From an uncultured bacterium (GTDB taxonomy: Bacteria > SAR324 > NAC60-12), in the NCBI GenBank assembly GCA_965662235.1, contig CBFIGY010000002.1:1-64000 (forward strand): a DNA stretch of 64,000 bases, given 5' to 3'. Both the position numbers and the translations under genes were made by a program. Every line of letters begins with the position of its first letter. The stretch's first letter is position 1. Positions 8,714-18,543 of this stretch are shown piece after piece. The notes under the pieces are model-generated. The model had not been told where the DNA came from and did not search any database. It saw only the letters and a list, made by a program, of their open reading frames with translations.

Positions 8714-10327
8714 ATGAAGATTCGTAACAACGTCGCCTCGCTGAATGCCCTTCGCCACGCGAATGATAACTTTCGCAGCATCAGCGGCTCCATTGAAAAG
8801 CTCAGCTCCGGCATGGCCATCAACCGAGGGTCCGACGGACCGGCTTCGCTGATCAACTCTGAGCGGCTCCGGGGCAACATTGTGGGCCTCCAGCAGGCGT
8901 ATGCGAACGGCCAGGTTTCAGTCTCTCTGCTCCAGACCGCCGAAGGTGCCCTCAACGAAATCAGTGGCATCCTCATTCAGCTCAAGCAGCTCAGCGTCCA
9001 TGCGGCCAACGAAGCCGTGAACGACGAGTACATGCTGGAAGCCGACCAGATGGAGATCGACAACCTGCTCGATTCCATTGACCGGATTGTGCAGAACACG
9101 ACCTTCTCCGGACGGAAGCTCCTCACTGGAGACCTCGGAGTGGATGGCGTCGCTGTGGGCAACAACCTCGATTTCGTCAGCGCTACCACCGAGACCCAGT
9201 CCTCCCCCGGCAAGGGCTACGAGGTCGACATCTCCCGGGTGGCCACGCGCTCTCACATCAAAGGGTCTGAGCCCCTCACCATCGACAACTACGGCGACGG
9301 CATCATCCTCTTGGTCAACGAGAACGGACGGAACTCTGAGCTCAACGCCCAGGAAAACAAGCAGCTCAACGCTGACATTCACAAGATCCTCAAGGACCAT
9401 CAGGACAGCCCGGACATCCTTCCGGCCGAGAAGGCTTCTGAGCAGATCCGCGGCATCATCGTCCGGGCCATGCAGAAGCAGATGGAGCGCGACGGCGTCA
9501 ATGTCGATGTCCTTGAAGGTCCAGACAGCACCCTGCTGTTCCGGCACCGTGAGTTTGGAGACCACACCTCCTTCACCGTTACCTGCAACATCCCCGGCAT
9601 CGTCGGTCCTGAGCGCAACATGGCAACCAGCTCCGAAGCCGGCCAAGACGTCGCAGGCACCATCAACGGCGACACCGCAGAGGGCCACGGACAGGAACTG
9701 ACCGCGCTCGCGGGTTCCACTGCAGAGGGCCTGAAGATTCGCTACAACCGCGAGATCGGCCTCAAGGAAGTTCCGGTTTTGGACGAGAATGGCGAGCAGG
9801 TGGGCACGGAGTTCATTCAGGAGACTCAGGACGAAGTGGTGGGCAGCCCCAGCAACCCTGTCATTGAGGGTTACATTCACGTCTCTCAGCAGTCTCAGGA
9901 GTTCAGCCTGGGCCCGCGTCCCAAGCAAAACGCCTCCATCTCCATCGGCAACGTCCGGACCAACAAGCTGGGTCAGGGCGTGGACAACGACAGCACCTTC
10001 CGGAACCTCTCAGAAATTGACGTGCGGGACCTGCAGGGAGCCAAGGATTCCACAAAGGTCATTGAGCAGGCCATTGACGAAGTCAGCACCCTGCGCGGAC
10101 GCATTGGCGCCTTCCAGAAGCACACCATGGAGCGGGGATTGAGCAGCCTGAAGGTGGCTGAAGAGAACAATGTCGCCGGCGAGTCCAAGATTCGCGACAC
10201 CGATGTGGCTGAAGAGATGTCCAAGCTGACCAGCAACCAGATCATGTTCCAGGCCAGCCAAGCCATGCTGGCCCAGGCCAATCAGATGCCTGAGAAGGTC
10301 CTTTCCCTCATGCAGCCTCAGGGCTGA
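8714..10327 (+). CDS. fliC: Flagellin with large variable central region
   Basis: N-terminal KLSSGMAIN, LQTAEGALNE, C-terminal ESKIRDTDVAEEM, MLAQANQ. Confidence 0.95.
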   Translation: MKIRNNVASLNALRHANDNFRSISGSIEKLSSGMAINRGSDGPASLINSERLRGNIVGLQQAYANGQVSVSLLQTAEGALNEISGILIQLKQLSVHAANEAVNDEYMLEADQMEIDNLLDSIDRIVQNTTFSGRKLLTGDLGVDGVAVGNNLDFVSATTETQSSPGKGYEVDISRVATRSHIKGSEPLTIDNYGDGIILLVNENGRNSELNAQENKQLNADIHKILKDHQDSPDILPAEKASEQIRGIIVRAMQKQMERDGVNVDVLEGPDSTLLFRHREFGDHTSFTVTCNIPGIVGPERNMATSSEAGQDVAGTINGDTAEGHGQELTALAGSTAEGLKIRYNREIGLKEVPVLDENGEQVGTEFIQETQDEVVGSPSNPVIEGYIHVSQQSQEFSLGPRPKQNASISIGNVRTNKLGQGVDNDSTFRNLSEIDVRDLQGAKDSTKVIEQAIDEVSTLRGRIGAFQKHTMERGLSSLKVAEENNVAGESKIRDTDVAEEMSKLTSNQIMFQASQAMLAQANQMPEKVLSLMQPQG

Positions 10328-10336
10328 TCCTCTGCG

Positions 10337-10358
10337 CCGGGATCCTTTGCGGTCCCGG
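10337..10358. terminator. Stem-loop between convergent genes
   Basis: CCGGGATC-ctttgc-GGTCCCGG after the flagellin stop; no strong U tract. Confidence 0.45.
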
Positions 10359-10366
10359 ACGCGTCT

Positions 10367-11623
10367 TCATCCGCGTGCAGCGGAATCAAAGTCATAGAGA
10401 ATCGCTTCGGCAGCCCGCCGGCCCGCCCGCATGGCGCCTTGCAAGGAGGCATGCTCGCGGTGGTCTCCGCAGACGAAGAGGCCGGCGTCCACCTTGACGG
10501 GTTTTTCGAAGCGATTGCGCAAGCCGACCGGTTGTGCCGGCAGCGCCTGTGGCAGGTCATACGTACGCAGCAGCTCCCACTCCCGGACCATCGACCCATA
10601 CCAGCCTTCCAGCTGCTCCCGGACCGCCTGCTCGGTCGCCTCAGGGCTCGCTTCTGGGTCAATCACCGACACCGAGATCAGTTCCTTTCCTGCGGGCGCC
10701 AACGCGTCCGACACCCGACTCATCACAGCCACATTGTTGACCGGCCCCGTGTCGTCTCCGTTGAGCACCAGCAGGGCCTCTGCTTCCGGAGGCTGCGGCG
10801 CCGAGTAGTAGTAGCACACCACTCGGTTCCAAGCAGGCGCAGGGCTTCCGGGCACCAGCTGATGCGCCTGAGTGCCGTCTGTTGCCACCACCACCTGATC
10901 GGCTTCCCGGACGGTTCCGTCAGCGAGCACAACCGCTCCGGAACGCGCTTCCTTGACCGGTGTTTCATACTCCACGGTATCAGGAGGCAGGCTCTGGGCG
11001 AGCTGCTCTGGAATCTGAGCCATCCCAAGAGCCGGCACCGCGGTGTTGCCTGAAGCAAACATCTTGAAGGTAAAGTCCAGCATCCGGGCACTGGTGGTCA
11101 GTTCCTGCTCCAGAAAGATGCCCCGGTAGAACGGAGCCAAGAAGCCCGTGATCATTTCGTCACTGAAACCTCGGTCCCGAAAGGCTTCCTGCGTGGAGCG
11201 GTCAGGCTTCTGGAAGAGGTCATGGAGGCTCGCCCGCTTCACCTCGTTCCGGAACCGAAACAGGTTCCAGCGGTCCTGCCAGCTTCCCAGCATCGGACTC
11301 AGGTGCTCCAGCGCCTCCAGCGGCGCCCGCCACGGATCGGCAATGCGGTACCGTGTGCCCTGACGCCAAAGGATTGCCCCCGGCTGAAAGGACTTCAGCT
11401 TGAGCGCAGAGTAGTCCAGCAGCCGCTGTGCCTCCGGATAGGCCGTCAGGAGCACCTGGAACCCGCGGTCCAACCGAAACCCGTTCACCACATCGGTCCG
11501 GACCCGTCCTCCTGGTGCATCCGAGGCTTCCAGAATCGTGACCTCACGGCCGCCGCGGTGCAGGTGAATCGCCGCAGACAGTCCCGCGACTCCGGCTCCC
11601 ACAATGATGACTCTTGAACTCAC
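10367..11623 (-). CDS. FAD-dependent oxidoreductase (amine oxidase/phytoene dehydrogenase-like)
   Basis: GAGVAG Rossmann motif, GGRVRT, LDRGFQ, CGDH..SLQGAM. Confidence 0.9.
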   Translation of the reverse strand: MSSRVIIVGAGVAGLSAAIHLHRGGREVTILEASDAPGGRVRTDVVNGFRLDRGFQVLLTAYPEAQRLLDYSALKLKSFQPGAILWRQGTRYRIADPWRAPLEALEHLSPMLGSWQDRWNLFRFRNEVKRASLHDLFQKPDRSTQEAFRDRGFSDEMITGFLAPFYRGIFLEQELTTSARMLDFTFKMFASGNTAVPALGMAQIPEQLAQSLPPDTVEYETPVKEARSGAVVLADGTVREADQVVVATDGTQAHQLVPGSPAPAWNRVVCYYYSAPQPPEAEALLVLNGDDTGPVNNVAVMSRVSDALAPAGKELISVSVIDPEASPEATEQAVREQLEGWYGSMVREWELLRTYDLPQALPAQPVGLRNRFEKPVKVDAGLFVCGDHREHASLQGAMRAGRRAAEAILYDFDSAARG

Positions 11624-11933
11624 CCTGGTCTCCTGACTAGCAAGGTTGTAAGCCGCCTCCGCTCAGTGCCGCAATGGAGGGGTAAACGCAACAAATTTTC
11701 CGAACAGCACCGTAAGGGATCAGGCGGAAAAGGAAAGGCCAATCGCACCGAGCAATCGCACGCCTCCAACCCGACGACGGGCGCAGGAGGCGCTTGAGGA
11801 ATCAGCAGAAGCTGAGAGAATGAGGCCACTGTTCCCGCTGATTCGCTCTCGTCGCGCCGGGCGGTCTTCCCCAAGAGGGACTCCGGCCTGCCGAGTGCGA
11901 GCGCGTCCCAACCTCATTTTCAGGAGCCTCATC

Positions 11934-12551
11934 ATGGCCAACCGTGCCCCTTCCGTTTTCCTGCTGACCCTGGTCTGGGTGGCGGGGGTCACCCTCTTCC
12001 TTTCCGGATGCAGCAGCAACCAAGCGGCCGTCCGAGAAGGAACCTCGCTGGAAGACCAACCTGAGTGGGTGCAAACGCTCGGGGACTACTCCAGCAACTT
12101 CCCCGGAAAGGAAGGCATTGGCGCCGTTGCCAGCGCCCCGAAGTCCAAGCTGGGCAGCCAGGTTCAGCGGGAAGACGCCCTTCTTGCTGCCCGGAACGAG
12201 CTGGCCACCCGCATCAAGGCTCGGGTCCGGAGCGTCCTCTCCAGCACCCGACAGCGTCTGCTTGAGCAAGGGGTTGAGGAAGCGGAGGAGTTAGGAACCG
12301 CCAACACCCAAAACGCCGTGCAGCAGCGGGTGGATGAAAACCTCATCGGCTCCCGGGTGATCAAGCAGTGGATGGACCCTGACAGCAGCGAACTGTACGT
12401 CTGGGTGGTGCTTGATGGAGAAGGACTTGCCCAGATGAAGAGTGCCATTCAGCGTGAAGTGATGGACCAACGCCTGGCCCGCGCTCGGGATCAGCACCGG
12501 GAGATGCTCAAGGACGCCTTTGACACCGAGATGGAGCAGTTGACGCAGTGA
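11934..12551 (+). CDS. LPP20-like lipoprotein
   Basis: CAGGAG RBS, lipobox LSGC, PEWV, A..AARNELA, ELYVWV pattern. Confidence 0.75.
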   Translation: MANRAPSVFLLTLVWVAGVTLFLSGCSSNQAAVREGTSLEDQPEWVQTLGDYSSNFPGKEGIGAVASAPKSKLGSQVQREDALLAARNELATRIKARVRSVLSSTRQRLLEQGVEEAEELGTANTQNAVQQRVDENLIGSRVIKQWMDPDSSELYVWVVLDGEGLAQMKSAIQREVMDQRLARARDQHREMLKDAFDTEMEQLTQ

Positions 12552-13078
12552 GCCGACGCCTGATCCTCTGCCTCCTCCTGATCACCTTCCTGGTCGCAGA
12601 AGCCGGAGCCCAAACGCCACAGCTACGCTTTCGCCTCCGGAGCCTGACCGGGGAACGCCTCGACTCGCAACAGGCTTCAGGGACGCTGGTGCTTTCCTTC
12701 TTCTTCACCCGCTGCCCACCGTGCTTTGAGGAGATGCCTGCGCTGTTGCAGATGATGCGGCAACGGGGTGCCGAGGACCGGCTCCTCTTCATCAACCCGT
12801 ATGTTCCTGAGCTCGGTATCACCGATCAGCCGGACACCCAAGCCAGCATCCGGCGCTTTGCTCAACAGCTTGGCCTTCCGGAGTCCCGTCTTTTCTTTGA
12901 TGAACTTGGATCGGTGACCAAGCGTTTTGCCCGGGCCGGACTCTTTCCGCAGGCACAGGAGTACGGGACGCTGATGCTCTTTCCCTCAATTGTTGTGATG
13001 GATCCAGATGGATCGGTTCGGTGGGTGCTCGAAGGATCAGCGCCCGACTTTCTTGAGCAGCTGAGTCAGGCCTTATGA
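12548..13078 (+). CDS. Exported TlpA/thioredoxin-like protein
   Basis: Signal peptide, FFFTRCPPCFEEMP (CxxC), cis-Pro loop FPSIVVMD. Confidence 0.8.
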   Translation: MSRRLILCLLLITFLVAEAGAQTPQLRFRLRSLTGERLDSQQASGTLVLSFFFTRCPPCFEEMPALLQMMRQRGAEDRLLFINPYVPELGITDQPDTQASIRRFAQQLGLPESRLFFDELGSVTKRFARAGLFPQAQEYGTLMLFPSIVVMDPDGSVRWVLEGSAPDFLEQLSQAL

Positions 13079-14004
13079 GGAAGGGTCTTGGGGTCGGAGT
13101 GCTCCTACTGCTGAGCGCCTGTGTCACTCCGGAGCGCCCTGATGTTGCTGAGCGGCTGGCTGCCGCCCAACAGAACCACCAGGCTCAGCTGAGCGGGGAC
13201 CTGAATGGAGAATCGGCTGAGGTGTCAGCGCCTGCATCTCCTCCAAACCGCTCCGGACCTCCGAGCTGGAGCCTCGCGTTTCCTCCCAGTTGCCAAACGG
13301 AAGAGTGGTGCGGAGTTGCCGTTGTCGAAGACTGCGAGACACCGTTTTCCTGCCGAAATGCAGCTGAGCTTCAGGCGGGGCGGGACCTGCTCTGCAACAT
13401 CTCATCCCGCATCCGCGACCGGACCATCCGTCGGACGCAACGGACCCTGACGGAGTCCGGAGAGGAAACAGGAACCCTGACCTACTCGCAGGAACTCCGG
13501 GAACGCTGTGCCGATGTGCCTCTCCGGGAGGTCCGCTTTGAGCACGCCTACTGGGCCGCTCAGCAGCAGCACTTCACACTCGCCCGGATGCCGCGGCCCC
13601 CTGTTTCAGAAACACCGCCTCCTGTTCCGGCCACCCGGACCTTTCGGGTCGCCGCAGAGACCGTTGGTGCGTCTCAGTTGCAGCAGCTGTTGCAGGAAGA
13701 AGGGCTCTTGGCAGAGGAGGCAACGGAAACTGAGCCCTGGAGCCTTTCCACAACGGTTCACTTTGAGCTGCGGCCTCATGACGGGACGCTCTTTCACGGC
13801 ATTGCCATCGCCAAGCTGACCGTCATCCTCCAGGGACCTGATGCCTCTGCCGCTCCGGAACGGACCTGGACCATCCGGCGCCTCTTGGTTCAACCGCCTG
13901 AAGCCCTCTCGGCATCTCAGCGAACGGACGTGGAAACCAAGACCCTGAACAAAGGCTTCTCCGAGTTCCGGAGTGAGCTACTGGCCTTCCTCAGGGGCTC
14001 CTAA
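13075..14004 (+). CDS. Cys-rich lipoprotein, LPP20-like N-terminal domain
   Basis: Lipobox LSAC, PPSW, AAELQAGRDL..ISSRI, six further Cys. Confidence 0.65.
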   Translation: MRKGLGVGVLLLLSACVTPERPDVAERLAAAQQNHQAQLSGDLNGESAEVSAPASPPNRSGPPSWSLAFPPSCQTEEWCGVAVVEDCETPFSCRNAAELQAGRDLLCNISSRIRDRTIRRTQRTLTESGEETGTLTYSQELRERCADVPLREVRFEHAYWAAQQQHFTLARMPRPPVSETPPPVPATRTFRVAAETVGASQLQQLLQEEGLLAEEATETEPWSLSTTVHFELRPHDGTLFHGIAIAKLTVILQGPDASAAPERTWTIRRLLVQPPEALSASQRTDVETKTLNKGFSEFRSELLAFLRGS

Positions 14005-14096
14005 GGTTCTCCACGTGCGCTCCCTCGCAGGCGCCTCCTGCCTCATTCGGCAACTGTTTCTGCACGGAAAGCTGAGTGAGAAACAGCGGGAAACGC

Positions 14097-15146
14097 TCAG
14101 GCAGAGGCGGCAGAGTCTTGCCATGCCGAAACCTGCCACTCTCCCAAAGACACAGCGGTCAGTTCCGGACCTGAAGAACCCACGGACCAGGTCAGCTGCT
14201 CCGGAAGCACGGAAGCCTCTGGAAGCCCCAAGAGGGCCTTGGGCTGAGCAGAAGCCCACCCCACGGCCTCTTCCAACGAAACTCCAAACCAGTTCACCAC
14301 ATTCTGGACACATGCAGAGAGCGTAATGGCAGATCCGGCAGGACTGCTGGTGCCCGGCAGCACCACCTTCGGTTCTTCTAAGCGCTCAATGGTCACCGGT
14401 CCCAAAGTGTAACGCCCCGGAGCAGCGGCACACCCCGCAGTGCCATCGGTGACCAACAGGGTCCGGGAGGACTGCTTGGCCCGGAGGTAAATGCCCAACA
14501 CTGAGGCCGGAAGGTGGAAGCCATCGGCAATGAAACTGGCCTTCAGGCCATCTTCTGCAAGCTGGTGAAAGACGGGGTTGTTGGACTTCGCCAGCAACTG
14601 CACGGTCCCGTTCCCTAGGTGTGTGGAAAGCTCCGCTCCTGCGGCGGCAGCGGCACGGACCTCCTCCAGGCTCGGGTTACAGTGTCCCAGCGAAACCGTG
14701 ACCCCCTGCTCTCGCCACCGAGGAATCAGGTCCATCACTCCCGGCTGCTCCGGAGCAACCGTGATCAGGCGAATGCGTCCTCCCGCCGCTTCCTGCAGAC
14801 GCTGAAAGTGTTCCCAGGTTGCCGGAACCATGTGTTCCGCAGGATGCACTCCACGGTACCCCTCTCCGGGGTTGAGGAACGGACCTTCTAGGTGATAACC
14901 CGGCACCATCGCTTGTGCCAACGGAGAAGCGGCGCGGGCGGCTTCAAGGGCCTGAAGGCAGGCCGTTTGGTGCGCTTCGCTGCTGGTGATGATCGTCGGC
15001 AGGCAGCCGGTCACTCCGGTCTGCAGCATCGTCTGCAGCGACTGTTCAAACGCCTCAGGCGTGAGCCCGGCATCGTTGTAGTCGATCCCGGCAAAGCCGT
15101 TGACCTGAAGGTCAAAGAGCCCGGGACTGAAGACGGTCTCCGTCAC
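14097..15146 (-). CDS. nagA: N-acetylglucosamine-6-phosphate deacetylase-like amidohydrolase
   Basis: PGLFDLQVNG, HLEGPFL, APE, LGH, THLGN, IADGFH, LVTD. Confidence 0.85.
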   Translation of the reverse strand: MTETVFSPGLFDLQVNGFAGIDYNDAGLTPEAFEQSLQTMLQTGVTGCLPTIITSSEAHQTACLQALEAARAASPLAQAMVPGYHLEGPFLNPGEGYRGVHPAEHMVPATWEHFQRLQEAAGGRIRLITVAPEQPGVMDLIPRWREQGVTVSLGHCNPSLEEVRAAAAAGAELSTHLGNGTVQLLAKSNNPVFHQLAEDGLKASFIADGFHLPASVLGIYLRAKQSSRTLLVTDGTAGCAAAPGRYTLGPVTIERLEEPKVVLPGTSSPAGSAITLSACVQNVVNWFGVSLEEAVGWASAQPKALLGLPEASVLPEQLTWSVGSSGPELTAVSLGEWQVSAWQDSAASA

Positions 15147-15553
15147 GATTTCCCTTTCTCAAATGCGACCACCTCCGGATCCAGCGGTGTGCAGGAGAAG
15201 GCCCGGGAGGTCCAAACGTTGAACTGCGGCTGCAGCCATGAGGGCTGTTCCAGCGAGCCCACGTAAACTGAAACCACGCCCTCGCGCCGGGAGTTGCTTC
15301 CAAACAGCAAAGACCCGCAGTTGGGACAGAACGTCTTGGTCATCTGGCTTCCGCTGTCAGCCTCGTGGGCAAAACGCTTTGGGGTTCCAGAGAGCAGGGT
15401 GAACTGCTCGGTTTTGAAAAACGCGATGGTTGCGTAGCTGGCTCCAGTGGCCCGTTTGCAATCCGTGCAGTGACAGTTTCCCTGCATCACCGGCTCACCG
15501 GTCACCTGAAACGTGATGTCGCCACACAGGCACTGTCCTTGGGTTTCGCTCAT
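15143..15553 (-). CDS. GFA family (CENP-V-like) Zn-binding protein
   Basis: GQCLCG, CHCTDC, FCPNCGS. Confidence 0.9.
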   Translation of the reverse strand: MSETQGQCLCGDITFQVTGEPVMQGNCHCTDCKRATGASYATIAFFKTEQFTLLSGTPKRFAHEADSGSQMTKTFCPNCGSLLFGSNSRREGVVSVYVGSLEQPSWLQPQFNVWTSRAFSCTPLDPEVVAFEKGKS

Positions 15554-15599
15554 GGGTTGCCTCAGTCAGAAGGGTTGCGGCCTCTGCTCCTAGGGGGAG

Positions 15600-16370
15600 C
15601 TACGGCCAGTGGTAGTCGATGATCAGTGGAGCGTGGTCGGAGAAGCGAGGTTCGCGGTGGATGGACGTGGCCACTGCCGTCGCGGCCACTCCGGGGGTGG
15701 CAATCTGGTAGTCGATGCGCCACCCGACGTTCTTGGCCCAGGCCTGTCCTCGGTTCGACCACCAGGTGTACTGATCCGGGTTGGGGTTGAGCTTCCGGAA
15801 CACGTCCACCCATCCCAGTTCCTCAAAGAGCTTGGTCAGCCAGGCCCGCTCTTCTGGCAAAAATCCGGAATTCTTCTGGTTGCCCTTCCAGTTCTTCAGG
15901 TCGATCTCCTGATGCGCAATGTTCCAGTCTCCGCAGATGATGCACTCGCGCCCCGTCTTCTGAAACTCCACCATCCAACGTTCCAGATAGTCCATGGTTT
16001 CGTACTTGAACTCTTGACGCGCGTCCTTGCTGGTGCCGGAAGGCAGGTACAGCGACACCACGCTCAGGTTGCCCCAGTCAGCCTTGAGGAACCGACCTTC
16101 TGCATCAAAGGCTTCCCAACCGATGCCCTGTTGCCACGCATCCGGAGCCTGCCGCCACGCAAGAGACACCCCGGAGTACCCCGGCTTTTCTGCAAAATGA
16201 AATGCGCCCTCCAGACCACCAGGGGTCTTCATGGCATCGGTCAGCTGATGCTCCTGAATCCGTGTTTCCTGCAGGCAGAGGACGTCAGCCTGCTGCGTGT
16301 TCATCCAGTCCAGGAAGCCCTTGCGGGTGGCTGCTCGCAGTCCGTTGCAGTTGAGGGTGATGACCTTCAT
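15600..16370 (-). CDS. xth: Exodeoxyribonuclease III (AP endonuclease)
   Basis: NCNG, LQE, GYSGV, EGR, GDWNIAH, GWRIDY, SDHAP. Confidence 0.93.
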   Translation of the reverse strand: MKVITLNCNGLRAATRKGFLDWMNTQQADVLCLQETRIQEHQLTDAMKTPGGLEGAFHFAEKPGYSGVSLAWRQAPDAWQQGIGWEAFDAEGRFLKADWGNLSVVSLYLPSGTSKDARQEFKYETMDYLERWMVEFQKTGRECIICGDWNIAHQEIDLKNWKGNQKNSGFLPEERAWLTKLFEELGWVDVFRKLNPNPDQYTWWSNRGQAWAKNVGWRIDYQIATPGVAATAVATSIHREPRFSDHAPLIIDYHWP

Positions 16371-17083
16371 GAAACGAGGGGGAGGGATTTTTTCAGGGTC
16401 GAGGCGAAGTTGAGGGAGACCAGAAACTTCTGATTTTCAGCAAGCCCGGTGTAGCCTTTGAGGACCATCAGGCTTTTTTCCACCTTGGTCCCGGGGAAGC
16501 GTTTGATGGTCTGAATGATCTCGTCCCGGATCTCGCCCCCCTTGAAGACGTGCAGCAGGGCCTCAGGCTTGCGTAAATTCGTTGTCCAGAACACCAGATC
16601 CTCCAGTGGCGCCACTGCCCGGGCGGTGACCACATCGAAGCGTTGGCGCCACGGACGGACCTTGCCCAATTCCTCTCCACGCCCCACCACGGTTTGGGCG
16701 TTCTTCAGCTGCAGCGCATCGATCATTTCCTGCACCACCGAAATCTTCTTCTGCCGCGAGTCCAGCAGCGTCAGACGCAGGTCCGGACGCGCAATCGCCA
16801 GGAGGAGTCCCGGAAGCCCGCCTCCTGTTCCAAAGTCACAGACGTCCGCCCCCTCCGGAAGGTCCCGCAACGCCACCAGGGCCAGGCAAGGCAGAACGTG
16901 CCGCTCCCAGAGCAGGTGGATTTCCTTCCGGGAGATCAGGTTGACCCGTTGGTTGACCTCCTGCATCAGGACAGCCCACTGTTCCAGCTGTTCCCACTGC
17001 GGATCAGCAAGAGAGAAACCGTTGCGGTCCAGCACCTGCCGAACCTCAGCAGGAGTCAGGCCCGGGGACTCAGGAGACGTCAT
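16367..17083 (-). CDS. rsmG: 16S rRNA m7G527 methyltransferase
   Basis: NLISR, DFGTGGGLPG, LLDSRQKK, DVVTARAV, KG. Confidence 0.92.
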   Translation of the reverse strand: MTSPESPGLTPAEVRQVLDRNGFSLADPQWEQLEQWAVLMQEVNQRVNLISRKEIHLLWERHVLPCLALVALRDLPEGADVCDFGTGGGLPGLLLAIARPDLRLTLLDSRQKKISVVQEMIDALQLKNAQTVVGRGEELGKVRPWRQRFDVVTARAVAPLEDLVFWTTNLRKPEALLHVFKGGEIRDEIIQTIKRFPGTKVEKSLMVLKGYTGLAENQKFLVSLNFASTLKKSLPLVS

Positions 17084-17100
17084 AGGCGGGTGGTTGGGGA

Positions 17101-17949
17101 TTAAATCAGTTCACTGGGAGGAAGATTGACCGCGGGGGTCTGAGCCGCCGCTTCAGCCGCTTTGTGCCCCACGCTCTTGGTGGCTTGTTGCTTGATGCGG
17201 TGCGAGTGTCCCAGCACCAGCGTACGTCCCTGCTGCTGAAAGCTCAGCACCGGTGCGGCAAATCCGAAGTGCTGAGGCCCCCGGACCACCTGGCAGAGCA
17301 GGTCCTTGGTGCCCGCCGGAAACTCATACCCCTCCGGAAGTTCCGCCAGCCAGCAGACCTCGTGGTTGTCCAGCACAGAGGTCCGGAAGGTGAAGGCCTG
17401 CTCTCCACGTCCCAACCGGCAGTTGAGCGGCGTTCCGGGTTCCAGCATCCGGGTGTCGTTGAATTCGTTTTGCACATTGGAGAAGCCAAACCCCAAGGCA
17501 ATCCGCAGCGAGTAGAGGGTCGTCAGGTCCGGATCTCCCCCGTCTCGTTCGTCCCGGAAGCGCTTGGCGGCTTCATCGAACTTGCGTCGGCTCTTGGCGT
17601 AGTTGAGCTGAATCCGGGGGTTCTCACCCGCCAGTTGCGTGAGGAGGGTCTTCTGAGCGGGGGTGACCTCAAGCGTCCCTAGAAACGTGTCTAGGTCCAT
17701 GGACGCTCGCTTTTCGCTGAGGTTCCGGAGGCGTTCCATCCGATTGCGGCGCCGGTACCACACCAAGACAAAGATGAGCACGCCCATCACCGCCGCCAGA
17801 ACCGCCAGGTAGGGAAGCAGCTGCTGAAGCTGCCAGAGGTTCTGCATGGGCCGAGGCCGAAAGTCCTGGACCTCGATCTTCGGATCAGCGCCCAGAGCAA
17901 GGAGCGCCAGCAAAATGAACGTCAGACGGGCCAGAAGAGACTGATGCAT
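17101..17949 (-). CDS. Membrane protein with YcgR/PilZN-like C-terminal beta region
   Basis: Signal-like N-terminus, TM helix followed by RRR, then DTRMLEPG..FRTSVL..LGHS; family assignment tentative. Confidence 0.6.
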   Translation of the reverse strand: MHQSLLARLTFILLALLALGADPKIEVQDFRPRPMQNLWQLQQLLPYLAVLAAVMGVLIFVLVWYRRRNRMERLRNLSEKRASMDLDTFLGTLEVTPAQKTLLTQLAGENPRIQLNYAKSRRKFDEAAKRFRDERDGGDPDLTTLYSLRIALGFGFSNVQNEFNDTRMLEPGTPLNCRLGRGEQAFTFRTSVLDNHEVCWLAELPEGYEFPAGTKDLLCQVVRGPQHFGFAAPVLSFQQQGRTLVLGHSHRIKQQATKSVGHKAAEAAAQTPAVNLPPSELI

Positions 17950-18120
17950 GCCGGAACACGTTGAAAGCAGGAACAGAAACCCCTCGTGCTCCTTGGAAAA
18001 GCCTCTTTTTCTGTGCCTTCTTGAGAGCAGAGTGGGCCAATCATACTCGGGCCGCCTTCCGGATTCAATCCTTAAGCGGACCCGTTGGGCGTTTCTTCAG
18101 AAAACCGCGGTTCCTGCACC

Positions 18121-18531
18121 TCAGGCCAGCGCCACCACAGCTTCTGCAACAAGGGTCTGCGCCTGTGGAGTAGCCGCAAAGAGTTCCACCCGGACCCGTT
18201 TTTCTCCGGCCTCTTCAAATTTTTCCGCAACTCGTCCTGTGCACGTGACGGTGTCGCCAATGTGCGTCATCGCAGTAAAGCGGGTCCTGTAGGTCCGGAT
18301 CTGAGACTGCGGCACCCAGTTCGTGAGCATCCGAGCCAGGTACCCCATGGACAGCATGCCGTGGGCAATGACGTCCTCCAGCCCTGCGGATTTCGCGTAA
18401 TCTAGGTCAACATGAATGGGATTGTGGTCTCCGGAGGCCCCACAGTAGAGCGCCAGCGTGTGGCGGGTGACCGGATCCGTTGTGAGCACAGGGAGGTCAT
18501 CTCCCACCTGCACCTCGTCAAAAGTAGGCAT
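18121..18531 (-). CDS. MaoC-like (R)-specific dehydratase, catalytic subunit
   Basis: YCGASGDHNPIH and IAHGML hydratase-2 motifs; GAGGAG RBS. Confidence 0.9.
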   Translation of the reverse strand: MPTFDEVQVGDDLPVLTTDPVTRHTLALYCGASGDHNPIHVDLDYAKSAGLEDVIAHGMLSMGYLARMLTNWVPQSQIRTYRTRFTAMTHIGDTVTCTGRVAEKFEEAGEKRVRVELFAATPQAQTLVAEAVVALA

Positions 18532-18543
18532 ACTCCTCACCGC

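Noticed and set aside
14054..14103. GAAACGCTCAGGCA resembling a glycine riboswitch 3' strand
   Set aside because: Lies between convergent genes and overlaps the nagA stop; no GGAGA or CCGAAG elements. The CTGTTTCT/AGAAACAG stem is better explained as a terminator-like hairpin.
15600..16370. Possible Crc-like inactive xth homolog
   Set aside because: Catalytic residues (LQE, Y, DxN, D, DH) are intact, so called an ordinary exonuclease III.
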